The notes beneath the pieces were generated by a model. It ran no database searches. It was not told the origin of the DNA and worked only from the letters and a program-made list of their open reading frames with translations. Below are positions 20,180-29,370 of a stretch of DNA of 64,000 bases, in pieces. Source of the DNA: Bacillota bacterium (lineage in GTDB: Bacteria > Bacillota > SHA-98 > UBA4971); NCBI GenBank assembly GCA_050949175.1, contig JBMNFG010000006.1, positions 6,588-70,587 on the forward strand. Direction: 5' to 3'. Numbering within the stretch: the stretch's first letter is position 1; the number at the start of each line of letters is the position of its first letter. Position numbers and translations under genes: made by a program.

Positions 20180-21124
20180 CTAACCTTCTATTCGTATGCT
20201 CCCGATCCCGCCTTTTACGTTAAGTTCAACTCGGTTTTCAGCGCTATCGAAATCAGGGGAGACGTATTCATCATTAATACTGCTATAGTTGCCTCGCACC
20301 TGGATAGACCCTATTCCTGTAGTTGTGCGGATCCGGGCTGCGACACCTCTCGGAATACGAATGATGGTCTCCCCGATGCCTCCTGACAACTCAACCTTGG
20401 AGTATCCCTTTGCAGGCAAAGTCAGAGTCGTTTTTCCCACGCCTGTACTGATCCGGACATCAGTGGCTGAAACACGCTCAAGGTTGATGTAGGCGCCTCC
20501 GACTCCGGTGCGTATATCGAGGCTTATCGGTATGCTTTCAGCAAGTGCCAGCTCCCATTTTCTTGCCGGCTGTGCGCCGATGCCGAAGAAATCGAAACGG
20601 TGGAAGAAGCTTGAGGTGTCTGAATTAAGGACAAAGCGCGCTTTGCCATTACTAATCTTGAAGTCTTCTCTTGGCCATTCTCCTACTGCAGTCTCTACTG
20701 TACCGGTAATAAGGTACGGTGAATCTGAAAGAGAGGCCAGGATTAGCTCTCCGATGCCCATGCTGATCTCTATCTCTGCACTTGTTATCCCAGTGAGAGG
20801 CCTTTCAATCCTCGAACTGGTGATAGCTCCCCTTGGAGTCGGATGACGCATGACCATTCCGAAGACTATCCAAAGCACAACGAGGAGCAGGATGGATCTG
20901 GATATTGACCCTCTTCCCATTATCAGTTCAATTCCCAGTGCGATAAGGATGAGCGGCCAGAATCGGGCAATGATCACCCATATTTTCAGATCTACCAGGC
21001 CAAGATTATAAAGAAGAATCAAGACACCGACTATTATCAGAATTGACGGGAGTACTATGCTGCTTTTATACCTTCTCCGGTTTCCGTTATTACTTCTCTC
21101 TCCGTTATTATCAGGTCTCTCCAT
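20180..21124 (-). CDS. LiaF-like membrane protein (DUF5668 N-terminal TM region plus DUF2154/DUF4097 beta-rich 'putative adhesin' domain)
   Basis: Two to three N-terminal TM helices. The C-terminal region has a repetitive G-rich beta-strand pattern (TGVGGAYINL, TGVGKTTLTL, SGGIGETIIRI, TTGIGSIQVRG, KGGIGSIRIEG) typical of the LiaF C-domain. Sits directly downstream of pspC. Confidence 0.65.
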   Translation of the reverse strand: MERPDNNGERSNNGNRRRYKSSIVLPSILIIVGVLILLYNLGLVDLKIWVIIARFWPLILIALGIELIMGRGSISRSILLLVVLWIVFGMVMRHPTPRGAITSSRIERPLTGITSAEIEISMGIGELILASLSDSPYLITGTVETAVGEWPREDFKISNGKARFVLNSDTSSFFHRFDFFGIGAQPARKWELALAESIPISLDIRTGVGGAYINLERVSATDVRISTGVGKTTLTLPAKGYSKVELSGGIGETIIRIPRGVAARIRTTTGIGSIQVRGNYSSINDEYVSPDFDSAENRVELNVKGGIGSIRIEG

Positions 21125-21151
21125 CGCCTATTCTCTCCTCCCATCAAGTTT

Positions 21152-21598
21152 CTACCTTCTTAGTAGAAGGATTCCGATGGTGATAAGAACCAGAGGCATT
21201 AATGTCCTTAGATCCAGCCAGCGGAGCCAAACGATGTTAAGTGTCCGCCCGAGAAGGACAATACCTAACCCTACGAAAAGGATTCCCACCACTACATTGA
21301 TGGCCGGTCCCGGTGATTCTCTTGAGGCCGGGCTGATGGATTCTGCCACTTCCATGGCTGTATCCCGGATTTCTTCTGCGCCTTCGCGGACTATTTCAGA
21401 CGTCTCAGCCTCACCCCTATCCGGATAGGGGACGATTATCCAAAGGATCAAGTAAGCGGCTATTCCTATTCCTGTGTACAAAGCCAACAGGACGAAGGCA
21501 AGCCTGACAATGGTCGGGTCTATTTCCAGGTATTCTGCAAGTCCGCTGCAGACTCCGCCTATCATGGACCCGGTTCTACTGCGGTAAAGCCTTTTCAT
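21152..21598 (-). CDS. pspC: PspC-domain (phage-shock protein C) membrane protein
   Basis: PspC domain MKRLYRSRTGSMIGGVCSGLAEYLEIDPTIVRLAFVLLAL followed by TM helices. The start at 21598 (MKRLY) is preferred over the track's 21634. Confidence 0.8.
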   Translation of the reverse strand: MKRLYRSRTGSMIGGVCSGLAEYLEIDPTIVRLAFVLLALYTGIGIAAYLILWIIVPYPDRGEAETSEIVREGAEEIRDTAMEVAESISPASRESPGPAINVVVGILFVGLGIVLLGRTLNIVWLRWLDLRTLMPLVLITIGILLLRR

Positions 21599-21805
21599 AA
21601 CCTTCACCTCATTTACGTCGAAGCATAAGTTCATGCAACCGTGCTTCTAATTCTCTACTCCTATTTTAATTCCTTCCGTGCAGGATCCAAATACTTTTGC
21701 GTGAAGCGCATCGTGGCGAAGTTCAGTGTTTTTGGCCAACTGCCTCACGTATTTTCGCCGTCTTCTTGTGTTTTAATCGCCACCGCTTCATGTGAGAAAA
21801 ATATT

Positions 21806-21827
21806 ACTTTACAAGTGTGAAGTAATG
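21806..21827. promoter_or_regulatory. 22-bp imperfect palindrome TTACTTTA-CAAGTG-TGAAGTAA in the divergent pspC/HTH-cupin intergenic region. Candidate operator.
   Basis: The arms match 7/8 as an inverted repeat. A TTGACT...CATAAT promoter-like sequence lies just downstream. Confidence 0.3.
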
Positions 21828-21926
21828 GTGTATAGTTGTATTGACTTAATATACATATACGAAGTCATAATTCATGGATGTTGTTGAATCGCAAGGTTCA
21901 TACCAGATCAGGGGAGGGACGAGTTC

Positions 21927-22487
21927 ATGGATTTCGGTGCACGGCTTAAGAAAGCCCGGACGAATTCAGGGATAAGCGCAAGAGAACTCGCAGATAAGGT
22001 AGGTGTTTCTGCAAGCTTCATCTACCAGTTGGAAAGAGGTGAGGCAGCGCCTTCATACTCTACCTTGAAGCGGATCGCAAGTGTCCTTGGAATTGCAGTC
22101 TCGGTGCTGACGGATGATGAGTTTCCTGACGAATGGGTTATATCGCGCAAGGCAGGACGTAGATCCCTGGTGGCAGCACACGAGCTTCACGGGGTGGAAG
22201 CCCAGCTTCTCGCCTTTCTTGGTTCGCGGAACAGGCGCATGCAAGGCGTCGTAGTGACTGTTGGGCCGGGATGCAGGTATTCCAAAGATGAGTTCCTGTT
22301 TAACCACGACAGAGACGATTTTGTCTATGTTCTCGAAGGCGCATTGGAAATAGACAGCGGAGAGAAGACATACCATCTGGAGCAAGGAGATGCAGCGTAC
22401 TTCTCTCTCACAGATATGGACGCGATCCGAAATCCTGGAGAAGCCCGCACTCAGGTGTTGTGGATTGTATCGCCCTCAGGAGCGTAG
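21927..22487 (+). CDS. XRE-family HTH plus cupin transcriptional regulator, immediately upstream of and co-directional with the hydrogenase genes
   Basis: HTH_3 region LKKARTNSGISARELADKVGVSASFIYQLERG. C-terminal cupin fold. Confidence 0.8.
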   Translation: MDFGARLKKARTNSGISARELADKVGVSASFIYQLERGEAAPSYSTLKRIASVLGIAVSVLTDDEFPDEWVISRKAGRRSLVAAHELHGVEAQLLAFLGSRNRRMQGVVVTVGPGCRYSKDEFLFNHDRDDFVYVLEGALEIDSGEKTYHLEQGDAAYFSLTDMDAIRNPGEARTQVLWIVSPSGA

Positions 22488-22574
22488 TGGGCTTGAAATC
22501 ACATGGACCTCTTCTAATTGTGCTGTTTGGCTCCGGGGGAGAGAATTTGAAGATGACTTGGGGGGACGGCTCGT

Positions 22575-23174
22575 ATGCGAAAAGAAACGGAGCAGGTATT
22601 CGAGCGGAAGTTTGACAAAGTAAACTATATACTGGACAAGCATGAGCGGAAGGTTTCCAACCTCATAGCCATTCTCCAAGAAATCCAGGCGGAGTACCGT
22701 TACCTTCCTGAAGAAGTATTGACATATGTTGCTACTGCACTGGGCATCCCACGGGCAACTGTCTACGGTGTGGCTACATTCTATACACAGTTCTCAATGA
22801 AACCAAAGGGAAAGTACGTTATCAAGGTCTGTGACGGGACAGCATGCCACGTGCGGCACTCTGAAAAACTGTCTGACCTGATCCGCGAAAAGCTGGATCT
22901 TAACGATGCAAAAGACACCACAGACGACTTGCTGTTTACTTTCGAAACAGTGTCATGTATCGGTGCGTGCGGACTTGCACCTGTCGTTACCATAAACGAC
23001 GACGACGTTTACGGACAGATGACTCCGGAGGCTCTCAGTATTGTCCTGGATCAATTGCTATCTGAGGAGAGTTCGGAGGAAGGCACGGAAGCGGCTGAGA
23101 CCGATGGCGACTGCTCTGCAAATAACGGACAGGCGTACCGGACAAAGGACGGAGAGGGGTGTAAGGGATGCTGA
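22575..23174 (+). CDS. hydC: [FeFe] hydrogenase NuoE-like [2Fe-2S] subunit (HydC/HndA)
   Basis: Thioredoxin-like [2Fe-2S] motif VCDGTACHVRHSEKL...VSCIGACGLAPVVTIND. Acidic C-terminal tail. Translationally overlaps hydB. Confidence 0.85.
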   Translation: MRKETEQVFERKFDKVNYILDKHERKVSNLIAILQEIQAEYRYLPEEVLTYVATALGIPRATVYGVATFYTQFSMKPKGKYVIKVCDGTACHVRHSEKLSDLIREKLDLNDAKDTTDDLLFTFETVSCIGACGLAPVVTINDDDVYGQMTPEALSIVLDQLLSEESSEEGTEAAETDGDCSANNGQAYRTKDGEGCKGC

Positions 23175-25063
23175 AATCTCGCAAAGATTTAGACAGAATA
23201 AGAGAACAAGCTGAAAAAGGTATGGGACGCCAGAGGATGCGCGCCATGGTCTGTGCAGGGACAGGGTGCTTAGCCAACGGATCACTCAAAGTATATGAGA
23301 GGCTCAGAGAGCTTGTTGCTGAGAAAGGTTTGCTGGTGGATATAGCTATGACAGAAGATGCGTGCGGCGAAGGCCAAGAGGCCGGAGGCGGTATCGGTGT
23401 CGAAAAAAGCGGATGCCACGGCTTCTGCCAGATGGGCCCCCTTATCCGCATCGAACCTCAGGGTATCCTTTACGTTTCAGTGAAGCCTGAGGACGCGGAA
23501 GAGATCGTGGAGGAGACCCTAATAAAGGGTAAGCCTGTAACACGTCTTTTCTACCAGGACCCTTTCAAAGGGACTCAGGTGGAGACGGAAGAGTCTATTC
23601 CGTTCTACAAGCATCAGCACCGCGTGGTCCTGGCCAATTGCGGCAGGATTAACCCTGAAGACATCAGGGAAGCCATTGCAATGGGTGGTTATGCCGCAAT
23701 CGCAAGAGTCTTGGATGAGATGACCCCTGAACAGGTGATCGAGCTCATTAATGAATCAGGGCTCAGAGGGCGCGGCGGAGCAGGCTTCCCAACAGGCCGT
23801 AAGTGGCAGTTTGCCAAGGCTGCGAAATCCGACAAGAAGTACGTGATATGTAACGGAGATGAAGGCGACCCAGGCGCATTTATGGACAGAAGCGTAATGG
23901 AAGGCGACCCTCATAAGGTGATAGAGGGTCTCATGATAGCCGGTTACGCAATCGGTGCTGACGAGGGGTTTATATATGTGCGAGCTGAATACCCTGTGGC
24001 AGTCACGCGCCTTAAGAAAGCTATCGCAGAGGCGAGAGAATATGGGTTGCTGGGACGAAATATCCTCGGCAGCGGCTTTTCCTTTGATATAACTGTGAAA
24101 GAAGGCGCGGGAGCGTTCGTCTGCGGCGAGGAGACTGCACTGATTTCATCGATTGAAGGCGGCCGTGGAATGCCTAACCCAAGGCCCCCTTACCCAGCTG
24201 AAAAAGGCCTTTTCGGGAAGCCTACCGTTATTAATAACGTGGAGACTCTCTCGAATTTGCCCACCATTATCCTAAACGGAGCGTCCTGGTTCAAGTCCCG
24301 CGGGACAGAGACGAGTCCGGGAACGAAAACATTTGCACTTGCAGGGCAAGTAGTAAACACAGGCCTGGTGGAAGTGCCTATGGGATTCCCTCTAAGAGAC
24401 CTTGTCTTTGAGGTCGGAGGAGGTACCCGTATAGGCAGGAGGTTTAAGGCAGTGCAAATCGGCGGGCCGTCAGGAGGGTGCTTGGCCGAGGGTCAGCTGG
24501 ATGTTGCATTGGACTATGAGTCCTTACACAAGGTAGGGGCGATGGTGGGTTCCGGCGGAATAGTGGTGATGGATGAAGATACTTGTATGGTAGAGGTCGC
24601 CAGGTTCTTTATGCAGTTTACTCAAAACGAATCCTGTGGAAAATGCGTGCCATGTCGCGAAGGTACAAAGCAGATGCTTGCACTTCTTACGAAAATCACA
24701 AACGGTGAGGGCACTGAAGAAGACCTGGCACTCCTGGAAGAAGTGGCTCTTGCAGTGCAGGACGGAGCTCTCTGCGGTTTAGGGAAAACCGCCCCGAACC
24801 CTGTCCTGACGACGCTTAAGTACTTCCGTTCCGAATACGAGGCACACATTCTGGAAAAACGGTGTCCTGCAGGTGTCTGCCAGGCGTTGAGGGTTTACTC
24901 CATCGATCCGGAAAAGTGCCGCGGCTGTACTCTTTGTATGAAGGTGTGTCCTGTAGGGGCTATATCAGGTGAGCGAAGGAAACCCCACAGTATAGATGCG
25001 ACAAAGTGCATTAAATGCGGAGCATGTGTTGAGAAATGTCGGTTTGGAGCAATAAATCATTAG
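23168..25063 (+). CDS. hydB: [FeFe] hydrogenase NuoF-like flavoprotein subunit (HydB/HndC). NAD(P)H- and FMN-binding, with an N-terminal [2Fe-2S] domain and C-terminal 2x[4Fe-4S] ferredoxin.
   Basis: GRGGAGFPTGRKW FMN/NADH-site motif. N-terminal CAGTGC...C thioredoxin-like domain. C-terminal CRGCTLCMKVCP and CIKCGACVEKC motifs. Confidence 0.9.
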   Translation: MLKSRKDLDRIREQAEKGMGRQRMRAMVCAGTGCLANGSLKVYERLRELVAEKGLLVDIAMTEDACGEGQEAGGGIGVEKSGCHGFCQMGPLIRIEPQGILYVSVKPEDAEEIVEETLIKGKPVTRLFYQDPFKGTQVETEESIPFYKHQHRVVLANCGRINPEDIREAIAMGGYAAIARVLDEMTPEQVIELINESGLRGRGGAGFPTGRKWQFAKAAKSDKKYVICNGDEGDPGAFMDRSVMEGDPHKVIEGLMIAGYAIGADEGFIYVRAEYPVAVTRLKKAIAEAREYGLLGRNILGSGFSFDITVKEGAGAFVCGEETALISSIEGGRGMPNPRPPYPAEKGLFGKPTVINNVETLSNLPTIILNGASWFKSRGTETSPGTKTFALAGQVVNTGLVEVPMGFPLRDLVFEVGGGTRIGRRFKAVQIGGPSGGCLAEGQLDVALDYESLHKVGAMVGSGGIVVMDEDTCMVEVARFFMQFTQNESCGKCVPCREGTKQMLALLTKITNGEGTEEDLALLEEVALAVQDGALCGLGKTAPNPVLTTLKYFRSEYEAHILEKRCPAGVCQALRVYSIDPEKCRGCTLCMKVCPVGAISGERRKPHSIDATKCIKCGACVEKCRFGAINH

Positions 25064-25137
25064 TTGCTTTGATTTGAAAGATAGACCACGGTTTGAAGTA
25101 GTGTATAACGCGACTTAAGTGGGGGAGGGAACCAAGT

Positions 25138-27198
25138 ATGCCTTACGTGACTGTTGACGGAAAAACAGTTGAAATAAACGGAGAAAAGAATATCCTGGAG
25201 CTGGTGCGTAAAGCAGGCATTGAGCTTCCTACATTCTGCTATCACTCGGAGTTGTCGGTGTACGGGGCATGCCGTATGTGTACAGTTGAAGTAGATAACA
25301 TGGGCCTTGTGGCTGCTTGTTCCACAGCTCCTAGAGACGGTATGGTGATCCGCACAAACACCAAAAGGACACGGAGATTGCGCAAAATGGTGGTGGAGCT
25401 TCTCCTTGCGAACCACCACAGGGACTGCACAATCTGTGACAAAAACGGGTCCTGCAAGCTCCAAAGCCTCGCCTACCAACTGGGGGTCAGAGAGGTAAGG
25501 TTCGGTGAAAGGGATCACATGCTTCCTATTGACGATGAAAACCCTTCTATTGTCCGAGATCCCAATAAGTGCATACTCTGCGGTGATTGTGTCAGGGTTT
25601 GTTCTGAAATCCAAGGTGTAGGAGCTTTGGGATTCGTCGGGCGGGGAGCAGACACATGTGTCAGCCCTGCTTTCGGAAGGAAGCTCGGAGAAGTCGAGTG
25701 CGTGTACTGCGGACAATGTGTTGCAGTGTGCCCTACAGGTGCACTCACCGGGAAATTTGAGGCAGAAGCAGTCTGGAACGCGCTTGGTGATCCGTCCAAG
25801 GTAGTTGTGGCTCAGATCGCACCTGCAGTGCGCGTTGCAATCGGGGAAATCTTCGGCAAGGAGCCCGGGGAGCTTGAGACAGGCAAGATCGTTGCTGCAC
25901 TTAAGAAGATCGGATTTACCAAGGTTTTTGATACGGTGTTCGCGGCGGATCTTACTGCTGTAGAAGAATGCAACGAGTTCCTGGGCCGCCTTTCCAAAGG
26001 CGAACGGTTGCCCCAGTTTACCTCGTGCTGTCCGGGATGGGTCAAATTCGCTGAGCAGCACTACCCTGACATACTGGACAATATTTCAACGTGCAAGTCT
26101 CCTCAGCAGATGTTTGGATCGGTCGTAAAGAAGTTCTACGCAAAGGAACTTGGTGTTGAACCTGAGGATATCTACGTTGTTTCAGTGATGCCTTGCACGG
26201 CTAAGAAGTTCGAGGCAAAAAGGCCTGAGTTTGCAGAAGGTGGGGTTCCTGATGTGGATGCAGTCATTTCCACCAATGAACTTGGCCTGCTTTTGAAACA
26301 GGCAGGGATAGTCTTCGAAGAGCTCGAAGGAGAAGCCTTTGATCAGCCGTTCGGGCTGACTACCGGAGGAGGCGTCATCTTCGGGGTTACCGGCGGAGTG
26401 GCAGAGGCTGTCTTAAGGACCGCAGCAGACGTGCTTGAGACTGACCTGGGCTATGTTGACTTTAAAGAAGTCAGAGGATTTCAAGGGCTTCGTGAGGCGA
26501 CTGTGCGCCTTGGTGACACAGAACTTAATATAGCGATTGTCCACGGACTTGCCAATGTGCGCAAGCTGCTTGATGCCACGAGGTCAGGGGAAGCCAGATA
26601 CGATCTGGTTGAAGTTATGGCATGTCCCGGCGGTTGTGTCGGTGGAGGAGGACAGCCGCAGCCGAACGATACGGAGTCACGGAAAGCAAGAGGCAAGGGA
26701 CTCTACGCCGGTGACAGGTTGTCGCAACTTCGCAGCCCAAGTGAGAACCTGGCAGTCACGAAGTTGTACGACGAGCACCTTAGTGAGCCGGGCAGCGACC
26801 TTGCGCATGAGGTGTTGCATACTTGTTACGGATCGCGCAGACGGATTTCCGGGGACATAAGGATTAACGGGACAAAACCCGGTGCGCTGGATGTCTCGAT
26901 CTGCGTAGGGACAGGATGCTATGTAAGGGGATCATATGATGTTCTTCAAGCCTTTACTAAGCTGTCGGACCAATGTGATATTGAAGACAAGGTTAATCTA
27001 AAGGCTACGTTCTGCTTGGAACACTGCGAGAACGGCGTGTCCATAAAGGTCGGTGACAGAATAGTAACCGGCGTGACGCCCCTTAATGCGAAAGAGATAT
27101 TCGAAAAAGAAGTGCTATCCAAAGTATGTCTGAACGAAGCCTCTTGTTCATGCGGTTCAGGCTGTGCGGCGGCGGATGACGAGAGTGCAAGGAGGTAA
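25138..27198 (+). CDS. hydA: [FeFe] hydrogenase catalytic subunit HydA with a C-terminal thioredoxin-like [2Fe-2S] domain (trimeric group A3, bifurcating type)
   Basis: H-cluster motifs L1 FTSCCPGWVKF, L2 MPCTAKKFEA and L3 EVMACPGGCVGGGGQP. N-terminal plant-type [2Fe-2S] domain. His-ligated [4Fe-4S] motif HHRDCTICDKNGSC. Two CxxCxxCxxxCP motifs. Confidence 0.9.
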   Translation: MPYVTVDGKTVEINGEKNILELVRKAGIELPTFCYHSELSVYGACRMCTVEVDNMGLVAACSTAPRDGMVIRTNTKRTRRLRKMVVELLLANHHRDCTICDKNGSCKLQSLAYQLGVREVRFGERDHMLPIDDENPSIVRDPNKCILCGDCVRVCSEIQGVGALGFVGRGADTCVSPAFGRKLGEVECVYCGQCVAVCPTGALTGKFEAEAVWNALGDPSKVVVAQIAPAVRVAIGEIFGKEPGELETGKIVAALKKIGFTKVFDTVFAADLTAVEECNEFLGRLSKGERLPQFTSCCPGWVKFAEQHYPDILDNISTCKSPQQMFGSVVKKFYAKELGVEPEDIYVVSVMPCTAKKFEAKRPEFAEGGVPDVDAVISTNELGLLLKQAGIVFEELEGEAFDQPFGLTTGGGVIFGVTGGVAEAVLRTAADVLETDLGYVDFKEVRGFQGLREATVRLGDTELNIAIVHGLANVRKLLDATRSGEARYDLVEVMACPGGCVGGGGQPQPNDTESRKARGKGLYAGDRLSQLRSPSENLAVTKLYDEHLSEPGSDLAHEVLHTCYGSRRRISGDIRINGTKPGALDVSICVGTGCYVRGSYDVLQAFTKLSDQCDIEDKVNLKATFCLEHCENGVSIKVGDRIVTGVTPLNAKEIFEKEVLSKVCLNEASCSCGSGCAAADDESARR

Positions 27199-27202
27199 CA
27201 TA

Positions 27203-27478
27203 ATGGTTACCATTGAGGTTTGTGTAGGCAGTTCATGTTTCCTAAGAGGCGCTTCAGACGTAATAAAGGCGTTTGAAGCAGCCATCGGGGAACATGCTCC
27301 GAGGCAGGTGGAAATAAAAGGAACGTTTTGCCAGGAGTCATGCACAAAAGGAGTTACAGTGAGAATCGATGATGAGCTTTTCGCGGCGGTATCTCCTCCT
27401 GATGTGCCCCGGCTTTTCAGGGACCAAGTTATGCCAAGGCTACGCAACGATGCAACAGGGAATGCCGACGAGGGATAG
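27203..27478 (+). CDS. Small thioredoxin-like [2Fe-2S] ferredoxin (HfsA-like), a paralogue of the HydA C-terminal domain
   Basis: MVTIEVCVGSSCFLRGASDV...GTFCQESCTKGVTV resembles HydA residues 580-660. GGAGG RBS. The track ORF starts earlier (27164) inside hydA. Confidence 0.7.
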   Translation: MVTIEVCVGSSCFLRGASDVIKAFEAAIGEHAPRQVEIKGTFCQESCTKGVTVRIDDELFAAVSPPDVPRLFRDQVMPRLRNDATGNADEG

Positions 27479-27543
27479 TTGTTAAGTCACGCCCGTAATT
27501 AGGGATGGCAAGCACGGTGGTGGCAAGCACGCCGACAGGCTGA

Positions 27544-29370
27544 TTGTGGAAGGGAGCCTATCATAAGGAAGGTGGTAACGTGGGCATAATTACCACGATT
27601 GATGCAAAATGCAAGGATTGTTACAAGTGTCTCCGGACGTGTCCTGTAAAAGCGATAAAGATGGAGCGCGGCGAGCTGCCTCACCAGCTCCACGCAAGGG
27701 TTTGCCAGGAGAGGTGCATTTATGATGGCAGCTGCGTCCTGGTATGTCCTCAAAAAGCGAAGAAGGTTGCAAGCGACCTCGGCATCCTTATGCCTCTCCT
27801 TGAAAACGGAGAAAGAGTAGCTGCAAGTGTTGCCCCGTCTTTTCCTTCTGTGTTTCCGGACGTAAACCCAGGGGTTATCCCGACAGCCCTAAGGCTGATA
27901 GGGTTTAGTTTTGTCCAGGAGACTGCGATCGGGGCGGAACTTGTAAGCAGGGAATATGCCAGTCGATTCCGAGAAAGCACAACACCTCTGATATCGAGTC
28001 CGTGTCCTGTAGTGGTAAACCTCATTGAACGACACTATCCTGAGGTTATTCCGCACCTGGCTCCTATTGTGTCTCCTATGATTGCCCATGGCAGGTATAT
28101 GAAACAGACCATGCCTGGCATAAAAGTGGCGTTCATCGGCCCGTGCATTGCGAAGATTGATGAACGGATGGAGCCCGGCATAGATGATGCCATAGACTTT
28201 GTCTTGACGTTTGAGGAGCTTAATGAGGTTTTTCTGGAGGCCGGAATCGATCTCGGCTTGCTGGAACCGTCGGGGTTTGACGGTGTCGTACCTCAGACAG
28301 CCAGATTGTTTCCAGTTGAAGGAGGCATTCTAAGGTCGGCATCATTAAGTACGGACATGCTTGACTCCCATGTGCTTACGGTTTCAGGGGTTGAAAGCTG
28401 CAAAGAGGTGCTGAAGCAGTTCATAACCGGTATGCAAAAAGGCGACATAACACACCTTCCTCGGTTTGTGGATATGCTTGCATGTGAAGGCGGGTGCATT
28501 AACGGGCCTAAGAATCCTAGCGTAGATGATATCTACACAAGAAGAGCCCGTGTACTTGAGTATGTAAAGCGATCCTCAGATGACAGGAGTATGGACAAGG
28601 CGGATTATGTGAAGGATATTTCAGAGCGTCCTGAGATTCCCCGAACACTCCTTGAAAGAAACTACCGTGATCTGAAGCCTCAGGCCGTGGTGCCGGATGA
28701 AGGCATAATCCGGACGATACTTGCGAAAACAGGCAAGTATTCCAAGTCTGACGAGCTTAATTGCGGCGCGTGCGGGTATGATTCTTGTAGAGACAAAGCT
28801 ATCGCCGTATTCCAAGGGATGGCTGACCCTGAAATGTGCATCCCGTATATGCGGGAGAGAGCAGAATCAGTGGCTAACCTGTTCGTTGATTCAACTCCCA
28901 ATGCCATAGTTGTTATAGATGAAGGCGAGATCGTTCGGGATATTAACGCAGCTGCAGAAAGGATGTTCAAGTGGAAGAAAGAGGAGATAGTAGGAAAGAG
29001 ACTTTCCGCTGTCCTGGAACCTGACTATTTCAGGCAGGCCCTCAGGAAGAAGACTGTTATCCAGGGAGAGATCTCTTATCCTGACAGGGAGCTGGTGACT
29101 TATCAGACGATATTCTATGAACCCAGTGAGAAGCTGGCAATGGGGATTATAGTTGATATAACCGAAGAGAAAAACCGTGAGAAGCAACTTCTTGAGATAC
29201 GCGAGCAGACTCTGGAAAAAGCGCAGGGAGTTATAAACAAGCAGATGGAAGTTGCCCAGAAGATAGCAAGCCTATTAGGTGAAACCACTGCTGAAACCAA
29301 AGTGCTCCTCACAAAACTCATGAATACTTTCAGCAATGAGGAGGAGGGCAATGGGACGTCTTCACGTTGA
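27544..29370 (+). CDS. hydS: Putative sensory [FeFe] hydrogenase with a C-terminal PAS domain (HydS/HfsB-like, Group C)
   Basis: N-terminal 2x[4Fe-4S] ferredoxin domain. The H-domain has degenerate motifs typical of HydS: L1 SSPCPVV (first Cys of TSCCP replaced), L2 GPCIAKIDE, L3 MLACEGGCINGPKNP. An extra C-x2-C-x4-C-x16-C cluster motif (CGACGYDSC...C) and a PAS fold with a coiled-coil tail follow. The true start may be the GTG at 27580. Confidence 0.8.
   Translation: MWKGAYHKEGGNVGIITTIDAKCKDCYKCLRTCPVKAIKMERGELPHQLHARVCQERCIYDGSCVLVCPQKAKKVASDLGILMPLLENGERVAASVAPSFPSVFPDVNPGVIPTALRLIGFSFVQETAIGAELVSREYASRFRESTTPLISSPCPVVVNLIERHYPEVIPHLAPIVSPMIAHGRYMKQTMPGIKVAFIGPCIAKIDERMEPGIDDAIDFVLTFEELNEVFLEAGIDLGLLEPSGFDGVVPQTARLFPVEGGILRSASLSTDMLDSHVLTVSGVESCKEVLKQFITGMQKGDITHLPRFVDMLACEGGCINGPKNPSVDDIYTRRARVLEYVKRSSDDRSMDKADYVKDISERPEIPRTLLERNYRDLKPQAVVPDEGIIRTILAKTGKYSKSDELNCGACGYDSCRDKAIAVFQGMADPEMCIPYMRERAESVANLFVDSTPNAIVVIDEGEIVRDINAAAERMFKWKKEEIVGKRLSAVLEPDYFRQALRKKTVIQGEISYPDRELVTYQTIFYEPSEKLAMGIIVDITEEKNREKQLLEIREQTLEKAQGVINKQMEVAQKIASLLGETTAETKVLLTKLMNTFSNEEEGNGTSSR

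Noticed and set aside
22488-22574. Rex operator upstream of the hydrogenase operon
   Set aside because: No TTGTGAA-N6-TTCACAA-like site was found in this region or in the 21.6-21.9 kb region. The nearest resemblance (GTGTGAAGTAA) is part of a different palindrome.
25060-26061. 333-aa ORF on the minus strand
   Set aside because: It lies entirely antisense to the well-supported hydA gene. The Cys-rich composition mirrors the GC-rich codons of the FeS protein. No RBS or context. Spurious.
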